Shown here piece by piece: positions 9,278-17,438 of a DNA stretch of 64,000 nt (position 1 is its first letter; every line of letters starts with the position of its first letter). Source of the stretch: Bryobacteraceae bacterium (GTDB lineage Bacteria > Acidobacteriota > Terriglobia > Bryobacterales > Bryobacteraceae); contig JBEKIM010000005.1 of NCBI GenBank assembly GCA_050011755.1, forward strand, positions 8,007 through 72,006. Reading direction: 5' to 3'. The notes beneath the pieces were generated by a model. The model was not told where the DNA came from, did not search any database, and saw only the letters and a list, made by a program, of their open reading frames with translations. The translations under genes were made by a program, and so were the position numbers.

Positions 9278-10078
9278 ATGCGCCGCCGCTTCCTCATCTG
9301 CGGTAGTCTTGTGGCGATTTCGGTGACGGCGTTGTTCGCCCTCCAGGCTACGTTTCGCGAGTTTCCCGCCTTGGAAGACGACCACATCCCTGTGCCGCCC
9401 GACGCGTACGAGAAGACCGAATGGGCCTTCACGCGCCTTATGTATCCGTCCGGCCGGCATGCCAGCGTGTTTGGCCAGATCGGCAGTTGGCCTACGGATT
9501 ACCCTAAGGCCGACCGCCAGTTCGTCCAGGGCGTCCGCCGCCTCACCCGCATCCACACTCGTTCGTCTGAACAGGTAGTGGATCTCGACGGCGATGAAGT
9601 CTTCAACTGGCCCTGGCTGTACGCGGTCGAAATGGGCCACTCCAACCTGACCGATGCCCAATGCGCCAAACTGCGCGAATATCTGCTGCGCGGCGGCTTC
9701 TTCATGTGCGACGATTTCCACGGCACGGACGAGTGGAACGTCTTCCTGGAGAGCATCCAGCGTGTGTTCCCCGACCGCCCCATTGTCGAAATCGATAACC
9801 AGGATCCCATCTTCCACGTCCTATACGACATAGGCGAGCGCGTTCAAGTGCCAGGTATACAATATTGGTACACCGGCCGCATCTGGGAAAAAGACGGCAA
9901 AACGCCGCACTGGCGCGCCATCCGCGACGACTCCGGCCGCGTGATGGTGGCCATTTGCTTCAATCAGGACAATGGCGACGCCTGGGAATGGGCCGACCAT
10001 CCGCGCTACCCCGAGCGATACACTTCGCAAGCCTACCGCATGGGGATCGACTACATCATTTACGCCATGACACACTGA
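9278..10078 (+). CDS. DUF4159 domain protein, first gene of the MoxR/VWA operon
   Basis: The motif run ...WPTDYPKADRQFVQGVRRLTRIHTRS...NWPWLYAVEMGH...LLRGGFFMCDDFHG... matches the family. It aligns over its full length with the paralog at 35043-35870. By analogy with that paralog I chose start ATG 9278 (MRRRFLICGSLVAISVTALFALQA). The track start 9242 remains possible. Confidence 0.8.
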   Translation: MRRRFLICGSLVAISVTALFALQATFREFPALEDDHIPVPPDAYEKTEWAFTRLMYPSGRHASVFGQIGSWPTDYPKADRQFVQGVRRLTRIHTRSSEQVVDLDGDEVFNWPWLYAVEMGHSNLTDAQCAKLREYLLRGGFFMCDDFHGTDEWNVFLESIQRVFPDRPIVEIDNQDPIFHVLYDIGERVQVPGIQYWYTGRIWEKDGKTPHWRAIRDDSGRVMVAICFNQDNGDAWEWADHPRYPERYTSQAYRMGIDYIIYAMTH

Positions 10079-10103
10079 GGACGCATTAGAACCCAAGGCC
10101 ATC

Positions 10104-12353
10104 ATGTTCGAGTTTCTCTTCAAATATCCCGGCGCGGTTTTCGAGAAGGGGCAGTTTGTCCTACTGGCCTCCTGGCCGTTGTGGATCCTGGCGCTGAGCG
10201 TGCTCGCAGCCGGCGGGCTGCTGCTATGGCACGTGCGCCGCAATCGCGGCTCGCTTACCGGTGCGCGGCCGTTCGTCATCTGGATGCTGGAAACCGCCAT
10301 GATCGCGCTGCTGTTGTTTCTGCTGTGGCATCCGGCCATCTCGATCGCCACCCTGCGGCCGCAGCAGAACGTGGTCGCCGTCATGGTCGACGATTCCCGC
10401 AGCATGGCCATCCAGGAGGGATCCCAAACGCGTAGCGCGCAGGCCTCCGCCGTGCTCGATGGCAAATTGCTGGCCGCGCTGGGCCAGAAGTTTCAGGTGC
10501 GCCTGTATCGCTTCGGCAAGGAAGCGCAGCGCATTCAGAAAACCGGCCAGCTTACGGCAGCGGAGCCGGCCACGCGCCTGGGCGATAGCCTGCAGCAGGT
10601 GCTCGCGGAATCGTCCACCTTGCCGCTGGGCGCCGTGGTGCTGCTTTCCGATGGCGCGGATAATTCCGGCGGCATCGATCTGGACGCCATCTCGCAGATT
10701 CGCCAGCGGCGCATCCCGGTGCACACCATCGGCTTCGGACGCGAGAAAGCGCAGAAAGATGTTGAAATCACCGACGCCGTCCTGCCCTCCCATGCGTTGG
10801 CCGATTCGCGTTTGAGCGCGCTGGTCACCTTCCGCCAATACGGTTACGCCGGCCAGAAAGCGCTGGTCTCGGTACGCGATGCGGGCAAGGTAGTGGCTTC
10901 GCGCGAGGTGCAGTTGAAATCCGACGGTGTCCCGCAAAGCGAACCGCTGCTGTTCAACGCCGGCCTGGCAGGTCCCAAGACACTGGAGATCTCCATCGAT
11001 CCGCTGCCGGGCGAGGAGAACCGCGGCAACAACTCGCTGCGGCGGCTGGTGAACGTGGAGACGCGTAAGCCGCGCATCCTTTATATGGAAGGCGAGCCGC
11101 GCTGGGAATTCAAATTCATCCGCCGCGCCGCGGAAGACGATCGCAGCTTGCAGCTTGCGTCCATGCTGCGCACCACGCAGAACAAGATTTACCGGCAAGG
11201 CTTCGACGATCCGCATGAGTTGGAAGAAGGATTTCCGGGCAAGGCCGAAGAACTGTTCGCCTTCGATGGCCTGATCGTCGGCAGTGTGGAGGCCAACTAC
11301 TTCACCCAAACCCAGCAGGACCTGATTCGCGAATTCGCCAATCGCCGGGGCGGCGGCATCCTCTTTCTCGGCGGTCGCTTCGCCCTGGCCGAAGGCGGCT
11401 ATGCGCACTCGCCCCTGGCCGAGTTGCTGCCGGTACAGGTTCCCGAGGCAAAAGGCACTTTCCACCGCGATTTTTCCAGCCAGCAGTTGACCGCCCAGGG
11501 CCGCGCCAGCCTGATCTGCCGCCTGGTGGAGGATCCCGAACGCAATGCCGCCCGCTGGACCAGCATGCCGCAGCTAGCCAACTATAACGATGTCGGCGAC
11601 GCCAAGCCTGGCGCCGTCACGTTGATGGACGTGGCCCCCGCCGGCCGCCGCCCGATGCCGCTACTGGTCACCGAGAATTACGGGCGCGGCCGCACGGCGG
11701 TCTTCGCCACATCCGGGAGCTGGCGCTGGAAAATGTGGCAGGACCATACCGACCTCACCCACGCTACCTTCTGGCAGCAGTTGATGCGCTATTTGGTTTC
11801 CGATAGCCCGGGCCGCGTCTCCGCTTCCACGCCGCGCGCGGTCCTGGCGGACGAAACCAAGGTGACGCTGCGCGCGGATGTCCGCGACAAGGCCTTCAAG
11901 CGGGTGCCGAACGCCGTGGTCGAGGCCCACATCGTAGGGCCGGACGGCGCCTCCACCAGCGTGGAGCTGACCCCTGTTCCCACCGAAGAAGGCGCGTACT
12001 CGGCGGAGTGGAGCGCGGAGAAACCCGGCTCGTATGTGGCCGAGATCGTAGCCGGGCGCGAAAAGGAGGAACTCGGCCGCGATGTCGTTGTCTTCCGCCG
12101 CGAGGATGGGGCCGCCGAAAACTTCCACACGGCGCAGAATCGCGAGTTGCTGCAAAAGCTCGCCGAAGAGACCGGCGGCCGATACTACAGCGCGTCGAAC
12201 GCGGGCAAGCTGGCGAATGAAATTTCCTATTCGGAAGCCGGCATCACAACCCGCGAAACCAAGGATCTCTGGGACATGCCTGCCGTCTTCTTGTTGGCGC
12301 TGCTCTTGCGCGGCTCGGAATGGGTCCTGCGGCGCAGATGGGGTGTAGTATGA
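10104..12353 (+). CDS. Membrane-anchored VWA domain protein with C-terminal GATase1-like domain (BatB/DUF1355-like)
   Basis: It has N-terminal TM helices, a VWA MIDAS motif VMVDDSRSM with ...LLSDGADNSGG, and a C-terminal ILYMEGEPRWEFKFIRR...GGGILFLGG segment. Its stop TGA overlaps the next ATG (ATGA at 12350-12353). Confidence 0.75.
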   Translation: MFEFLFKYPGAVFEKGQFVLLASWPLWILALSVLAAGGLLLWHVRRNRGSLTGARPFVIWMLETAMIALLLFLLWHPAISIATLRPQQNVVAVMVDDSRSMAIQEGSQTRSAQASAVLDGKLLAALGQKFQVRLYRFGKEAQRIQKTGQLTAAEPATRLGDSLQQVLAESSTLPLGAVVLLSDGADNSGGIDLDAISQIRQRRIPVHTIGFGREKAQKDVEITDAVLPSHALADSRLSALVTFRQYGYAGQKALVSVRDAGKVVASREVQLKSDGVPQSEPLLFNAGLAGPKTLEISIDPLPGEENRGNNSLRRLVNVETRKPRILYMEGEPRWEFKFIRRAAEDDRSLQLASMLRTTQNKIYRQGFDDPHELEEGFPGKAEELFAFDGLIVGSVEANYFTQTQQDLIREFANRRGGGILFLGGRFALAEGGYAHSPLAELLPVQVPEAKGTFHRDFSSQQLTAQGRASLICRLVEDPERNAARWTSMPQLANYNDVGDAKPGAVTLMDVAPAGRRPMPLLVTENYGRGRTAVFATSGSWRWKMWQDHTDLTHATFWQQLMRYLVSDSPGRVSASTPRAVLADETKVTLRADVRDKAFKRVPNAVVEAHIVGPDGASTSVELTPVPTEEGAYSAEWSAEKPGSYVAEIVAGREKEELGRDVVVFRREDGAAENFHTAQNRELLQKLAEETGGRYYSASNAGKLANEISYSEAGITTRETKDLWDMPAVFLLALLLRGSEWVLRRRWGVV

Positions 12354-13351
12354 GCCAGGCCGCGCGGAATTGTGGGGCGGGCAATCGTGCCCGCAGCCGG
12401 CTTTCAGCCGGCTTTTCAAGTGGGTTTTCATCAGGAATTCTCTTATTGCTGGCCTTCTTCCTGACCGCATCCGCCCTCCCCGCCACCACTTACTATGTCA
12501 CTGTCTCCGGCCTGGGCGGCGAGCCCGACTACGAACAACACTTCGCCATGTGGGCCAAAGACATCGAGAAGGCCATCAAGACCGCTCCCGACTCCAAAGT
12601 GGACACACTCATTAACGCCACGCGCGAACAGGTCCGCGGCGCGCTCGATCGCGTCGCGCGCGAATCGAAACCACAGGATGCCGTGGTACTCATGCTCATC
12701 GGCCATGGCAGCTTCGATGGTTATGAATACAAAATCAATCTGCCCGGCCCCGACCTGGCTGCATCCGAGTTGGCCACGTTGCTGGACCGCATCCCGGCCA
12801 CGCGGCAGCTCGTCGTCGATATGACCAGCGCCAGCGGAGGCGCCATCGAATCCCTGCGCAAGTCGAATCGCGTGGTCATTACCGCCACCAAGACCGGTAC
12901 GGAAAAGAACGCCACCGTTTTCGCGCGCTATTGGGTGGAGGCCTTGAACGATCCGGCCGCCGACAGCGATAAGAACGACGTCGTCTCCGCCCTGGAAGCT
13001 TTCCGCTTCGCGGACAAAAAGACCGCCGCGTTCTACGAATCGCAAAACCGCCTGGCCACCGAGCACGCCGTCCTCGAAGACACCGGCAAAGGCGAAGGCG
13101 TTCGCGCGCCGTCGCCCGAAAATGGCGAAGGGATGCTGGCGGCGCAGTTCCCTCTGCTGCGCATCGGCGCCACGGCCAACGCCGCCAAAGATCCCGCCAA
13201 GCTCCCACTCATCGCCAGGAAAGAGGAGTTGGAACAGCAGATCGATAAGCTCAAATACGACAAAGCGGCCATTCCACCAGACGACTATAAGAAGCAGCTC
13301 GGCGCACTTTTGCTGGAGCTCGCGCGCACCCAGGAGGCGATCGACAGGTGA
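12350..13351 (+). CDS. Exported clan-CD (legumain/caspase C13-like) peptidase homolog lacking the catalytic Cys, with C-terminal coiled coil
   Basis: VVLMLIGHGSFDG supplies the His-Gly position. QLVVDMTSASGG sits where D-x-C-x-S-G is expected, and no Cys is present. The hydrophobic segment ILLLLAFFLTASALPA looks like a signal peptide. The start is ambiguous: ATG 12350 is coupled to the upstream stop, and TTG 12446 is an alternative because hairpin-repeat modules occupy 12374-12413. Confidence 0.6.
   Translation: MSQAARNCGAGNRARSRLSAGFSSGFSSGILLLLAFFLTASALPATTYYVTVSGLGGEPDYEQHFAMWAKDIEKAIKTAPDSKVDTLINATREQVRGALDRVARESKPQDAVVLMLIGHGSFDGYEYKINLPGPDLAASELATLLDRIPATRQLVVDMTSASGGAIESLRKSNRVVITATKTGTEKNATVFARYWVEALNDPAADSDKNDVVSALEAFRFADKKTAAFYESQNRLATEHAVLEDTGKGEGVRAPSPENGEGMLAAQFPLLRIGATANAAKDPAKLPLIARKEELEQQIDKLKYDKAAIPPDDYKKQLGALLLELARTQEAIDR
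12374..12413. repeat. Hairpin repeat modules (locus j) embedded in the 5' end of a CDS
   Basis: GGGGCGGGCAATCGTGCCCGC plus AGCCGGCTTTCAGCCGGCT is the same two-module unit seen at 59335-59373, 53091-53131 and (reverse strand) 23058-23099. Here it reads in frame as GAGNRARSRLSAG. Confidence 0.7.
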
Positions 13352-15420
13352 GGCTCACGCTGGTGTTCTTGTGTGCCGCCGCCGGTCTTTTCGCGCAGGG
13401 GGCGCCCACTCTGCAACAGGCCGAATCGCTCTGGAAACAACACCGCTACGTCGAATCGAAGGACGTCTTTGAAGCGCTCCTGGCGGCGCACCCGCGCAAC
13501 GCCGAATACCGCGTCCGCATGGGCCGCCTGTTTCTGGAACGATTTAACGCTCCGGAAGCCGCCAAGCTCTTTAGCGAAGCCCTGGAGATTGAGCCGAAGC
13601 AGGCCGGGGCTCTGCTTGGATTGGCGCTGGTAGCGGCGGATGGCTACGAGGCGCGGGCCGTCGACTTCGCGCGCCGCGCGGTGGAAGCCGATCCGCACCT
13701 TTTGGAAGCGCAGGAATTGCTCGCGCGCCTGGCGCTTGAAGACAACGACCCAGCCAAGGCGGCGGCCGAGGCGCATAAGGCCCTCAGTATGTCGGCGAAT
13801 GCCGTCCAGGCCCGAGCCATCCTCGCCACCATCGATTGGCTGAACGACAAACCGGACTCGCCCTGGGACCCGCACGATGGCGCGGCATATGAAACCGCGG
13901 CGCGTATCTTCGTCCTGAATCGCCGGTACGAGGAAGGCATCAAGTTCTTCCGCAAAGCTATCGCCGTGCAGCCGGACCTGTGGAGCGCCCATTCGCAATT
14001 GGGCATCAACCTGATGCGGCTGGGTCTCGAACAGGAAGCCCGCGTCGAACTGGAATTGTGTTACCAGAACGACTACAAAGATAAGCCGACCGTGAATACG
14101 CTCCGGCTAATGGATAGCTACAAGAACTTCGTCACTTATAAAACGGACCGGACTGTCCTGCGCTTGCAGAAGAAAGAAGCCGAGTTGCTGCATCCTTACT
14201 TCGAAGAAGAGATGCTTCGCGCGCTACGCACCTATGACCGGAAATATGGCTTCAAGCTGGAACGTCCGGTGCAAGTCGAGGTCTATCCCGATCATGAAGA
14301 TTTCGCGGTGCGCACCATGGGCATGCCCGGCTTGGGCGCGCTGGGCGTGACATTCGGATATGTAGTGGCCATGGACAGCCCGTCGGGCCGCCCTCCCGGA
14401 ACGTTTCATTGGGCCAGCACCATGTGGCACGAACTCAGCCACGTGTATGTTTTGAATATGACCAATTTCCGCGTGCCGCGCTGGTTTACCGAGGGTCTCG
14501 CCGTGCACGAGGAGACGGCCACATCGCCCGAATGGGGCGACCGCCTCGATCCGCACGTCATCATGGCCATCAAGGATAAGAAGCTCCTCCCGGTGGCGGA
14601 GCTGGACCGCGGGTTTGTGCGTCCCACTTACCCGGCCCAGGTCGTGGTGTCGTACTTCGAGGCGGGGCAAATCTGCGACTACATCAACCGCGAGTGGGGC
14701 TGGCCGAAACTGTTGGCCATGATTCACGATTTTGGCGGCGGCGCCTCCACCTCCGAAGTCATCCAGAAGGAACTCGGCGTCTCACCCGAGGAATTCGACA
14801 AACGCTTCATGGCCGCGCTTACCGCCGAAACCAAGACCACCGTGGATGGCTTCGAACAGTGGAGCAAAGATATCAAGAAAGTCGCGGCCGAGGCTAAAGC
14901 GCACGATTACGACGCCATGATTCCCGACGCCTGCGCCATTCGCGATATCTATCCCGACTACGTGGAGGCCGGGAACGTCTACCAGTTTCTGGCCGACGCT
15001 TACGTGGCCAAGGGCGACAAGAAAGCGGCCATCGCCGAACTGGAACGCTATGCCAAGGTAGGCGGCCGGAGCCCTGATACACTGAAACAATTGGCCACCC
15101 TCCTCGAAGAGGCCGGCAATCGGAAGGAAGCGGCCGAAGTGCTCGACCGGCTCAACTATATCCAGCCCATCGACGAGGATTTGCATCGCCGGTTGGGTGA
15201 CTTGTGGCTCGGCCTCGGGAATACCGCGGGCGCCATCCGCGAATACCAGGCGGTGCTGGCCAAGGCGCCTACCGACCCCGCCGCGTCACACTTCAACCTG
15301 GCGAAAGCTTACCGCACCGCAAATCGTCCGGACGCGGCTAAAGATGAATTGTTGCTGTCGCTCGAAGCCGCGCCAGGGTTCCGGCCCGCGCAGAAGATGT
15401 TGCTGGAGTTTTCCAAATAG
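13348..15420 (+). CDS. Exported TPR-repeat protein with central HExxH metallopeptidase domain (peptidase MA-like)
   Basis: The signal peptide is MRLTLVFLCAAAGLFAQG. TPR-like repeats lie at both ends. The central MWHELSHVY...WFTEGLAVHEE is a gluzincin-type HExxH plus a downstream Glu. The GTGA start overlaps the upstream stop. Confidence 0.75.
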   Translation: MRLTLVFLCAAAGLFAQGAPTLQQAESLWKQHRYVESKDVFEALLAAHPRNAEYRVRMGRLFLERFNAPEAAKLFSEALEIEPKQAGALLGLALVAADGYEARAVDFARRAVEADPHLLEAQELLARLALEDNDPAKAAAEAHKALSMSANAVQARAILATIDWLNDKPDSPWDPHDGAAYETAARIFVLNRRYEEGIKFFRKAIAVQPDLWSAHSQLGINLMRLGLEQEARVELELCYQNDYKDKPTVNTLRLMDSYKNFVTYKTDRTVLRLQKKEAELLHPYFEEEMLRALRTYDRKYGFKLERPVQVEVYPDHEDFAVRTMGMPGLGALGVTFGYVVAMDSPSGRPPGTFHWASTMWHELSHVYVLNMTNFRVPRWFTEGLAVHEETATSPEWGDRLDPHVIMAIKDKKLLPVAELDRGFVRPTYPAQVVVSYFEAGQICDYINREWGWPKLLAMIHDFGGGASTSEVIQKELGVSPEEFDKRFMAALTAETKTTVDGFEQWSKDIKKVAAEAKAHDYDAMIPDACAIRDIYPDYVEAGNVYQFLADAYVAKGDKKAAIAELERYAKVGGRSPDTLKQLATLLEEAGNRKEAAEVLDRLNYIQPIDEDLHRRLGDLWLGLGNTAGAIREYQAVLAKAPTDPAASHFNLAKAYRTANRPDAAKDELLLSLEAAPGFRPAQKMLLEFSK

Positions 15421-15435
15421 GCCAGACAAAACTAT

Positions 15436-16461
15436 ATGTCCACCACCGTCACTCCCCAGTTAGAACCAGACGTCTTGCGCGGCCGTATCGGCCGGTTCCG
15501 CGAGGTGCAGGGCGAAATTGTGCGTCAGGTACGGCGCGTGATCGTCGGGCAGGAAGAGGTATTGGAGCAGGTGATGATCGCCCTGTTTGTGGGCGGTCAT
15601 TGCCTCATCACCGGCCTGCCCGGCACCGCCAAAACGCTGCTGGTCCGCACCATGGCGCAGACGCTCGGCCTGGTGTTCAAGCGTATCCAGTTCACACCGG
15701 ACCTGATGCCGTCCGACATCACCGGCACGGACATCATTGAGGAAGATCCTACCACCGGCCATCGCACCTGGACCTTCGTCAAGGGTCCCATCTTCGCCAA
15801 CGTGCTGCTGGCGGACGAAATCAACCGCACGCCCCCCAAGACGCAGTCGGCGCTGCTGGAGGCCATGCAGGAACTCGCCTGCACGGTGCGCGGCAATAAC
15901 TATAAGCTGCCGGGGCCGTTCTTCGTATTGGCCACCCAGAACCCCATCGAATTGGAAGGCACTTATCCGCTGCCCGAAGCGCAGTTGGATCGCTTCCTGT
16001 TTAACACGGTGCTCGGCTATCTCAGCGCGAGCGAAGAACTTCAGGTCGTCGATCTGACTACCACCACCCACGTGGCGCAGGCCGATCCGGTCACCAACGC
16101 GCAAGAGATCCTGGACTTTCAGCAACTGGTGCGCATGGTGCCCATCGGCGAGTCCGTTGCGCGCTATGCCATCGACCTGGTGCGCGCCAGCCGCGCCAGC
16201 GATGAAAGCGCCCCCGACTTCGTCAAGAAGTACGTAAACTACGGGGCCAGCGTGCGCGCCGCGCAGTTCCTGGTGCTGGCCGCCAAAGCCAGAGCGCTCA
16301 TGAAGGGCCGTTATCACGTGACCTACGAAGACATCCGCGCCCTCTATATCCCGGTTCTGCGTCATCGCATTCTGTTAAACTTCCACGCGGAATCGGACCG
16401 GCTGAAACAAGACGACATCCTGCAGCGGCTGCTCGAGCACAAGGGAGCGCCGAAGGAATAA
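15436..16461 (+). CDS. moxR: MoxR family AAA+ ATPase
   Basis: The sequence VIVGQEEVLEQVMIALFVGGHCLITGLPGTAKTLL (Walker A) followed by FTPDLMPSDITGT and LLADEINRTPPKTQSALLEAMQE is a canonical MoxR layout. Confidence 0.93.
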   Translation: MSTTVTPQLEPDVLRGRIGRFREVQGEIVRQVRRVIVGQEEVLEQVMIALFVGGHCLITGLPGTAKTLLVRTMAQTLGLVFKRIQFTPDLMPSDITGTDIIEEDPTTGHRTWTFVKGPIFANVLLADEINRTPPKTQSALLEAMQELACTVRGNNYKLPGPFFVLATQNPIELEGTYPLPEAQLDRFLFNTVLGYLSASEELQVVDLTTTTHVAQADPVTNAQEILDFQQLVRMVPIGESVARYAIDLVRASRASDESAPDFVKKYVNYGASVRAAQFLVLAAKARALMKGRYHVTYEDIRALYIPVLRHRILLNFHAESDRLKQDDILQRLLEHKGAPKE

Positions 16462-16471
16462 AACAGGTGAC

Positions 16472-16523
16472 GGGTTGCAGGTGGTGGGCGATCGGCGTAC
16501 CTGACACCCACAACCCGCAACCC
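16472..16523 (+). other. Imperfect 19-bp inverted repeat in the moxR-DUF58 spacer
   Basis: GGGTTGCAGGTGGTGGGCG (16472-16490) pairs with CACCCACAACCCGCAACCC (16505-16523). Sixteen of 19 positions pair, with a 14-nt loop. The right arm carries AACCC three times at 7-nt spacing. No U-tract follows. Confidence 0.5.
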
Positions 16524-16550
16524 ATAACCCGTAGCCTATAACTCAACCCC

Positions 16551-17438
16551 ATGCTACAGCGCTTCCTAGATCCGGCGACCCTGGCTTCCATCTCCGGCCT
16601 CGACTTAGTGGCCAAGACGGTAGTGGATGGCTTCATTGCGGGGCTGCATCGCTCGCCGGATTACGGCTTCAGCCAGGAGTTCGCCGAGTACCGCGCCTAC
16701 ACGCCGGGCGACGATCTGCGGCACGTCGATTGGAACGTCTTCGCCCGCAGCGAGCGCGTCTACTTGAAGCGGTATCGCGGCGAAACCAACACGCAATTGC
16801 TCATTCTGCTGGATGCCAGCGCCTCCATGGCCTACGGCTCGCACGCCGTGAACAAGCTCGATTACGCGCGCTTCCTGGCCGCTTCGCTCTGCTATCTGTC
16901 GCATGCGCAGCGCGATGCCGCCGGCCTGATCGTCTTCGCTGAAGATGTCCAGAACTACGTGGCTCCTTCCACCCGCCAGGGGCAATTGTTCCGCCTCCTG
17001 CATGCCATCGAGAAGGCGCAGCCAGGCACGCGTACCGACTTTGCGAAACCCTTCGTACACTTTCTGGACTTCACCCGCCGCCGGGGTATCGCGGTGGTAA
17101 TCTCGGATTTCTACGAGCGTCCCGAGGTGATCGTGAAAACCGTGGAACCCCTACGCTTCCGCGGCAACGAAGTGATTCTGTTTCATGTGCTCGATCCCCA
17201 GGAGATCGCACCCAAATTCCGCGAGCCTGTCTTGCTCACCGACATGGAAACCAGCGGCACTCTGGAAGTCTCTCCCGAATACGCGCGTGGCGAATACCGC
17301 CGCAAGATCGATGCCCATATACAAGCCCTGCGCGACCAGGCCAAAGGCGCGGGACTGGATTATTTCCTGATGGACACGGGCCGCCCGCTCGACGAAGGCT
17401 TGCGCGAGTACCTGGGCGTGCGGCAGGGGAGGCTATAA
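16551..17438 (+). CDS. DUF58 domain protein (MoxR-associated)
   Basis: SPDYGFSQEFAEYRAYTPGDDLRHVDWNVFARSERVYLKRY is the DUF58 signature. The gene sits immediately downstream of moxR. Confidence 0.88.
   Translation: MLQRFLDPATLASISGLDLVAKTVVDGFIAGLHRSPDYGFSQEFAEYRAYTPGDDLRHVDWNVFARSERVYLKRYRGETNTQLLILLDASASMAYGSHAVNKLDYARFLAASLCYLSHAQRDAAGLIVFAEDVQNYVAPSTRQGQLFRLLHAIEKAQPGTRTDFAKPFVHFLDFTRRRGIAVVISDFYERPEVIVKTVEPLRFRGNEVILFHVLDPQEIAPKFREPVLLTDMETSGTLEVSPEYARGEYRRKIDAHIQALRDQAKGAGLDYFLMDTGRPLDEGLREYLGVRQGRL

Noticed and set aside
10224-11465. ORF 10224-11465 (-, 413 aa) is antisense to the VWA gene. ORF 19433-20737 (-, 434 aa) is likewise antisense to the DUF4175 gene.
   Set aside because: They are shadow ORFs inside a tightly coupled forward-strand operon. 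Their composition is biased and no start context is present.
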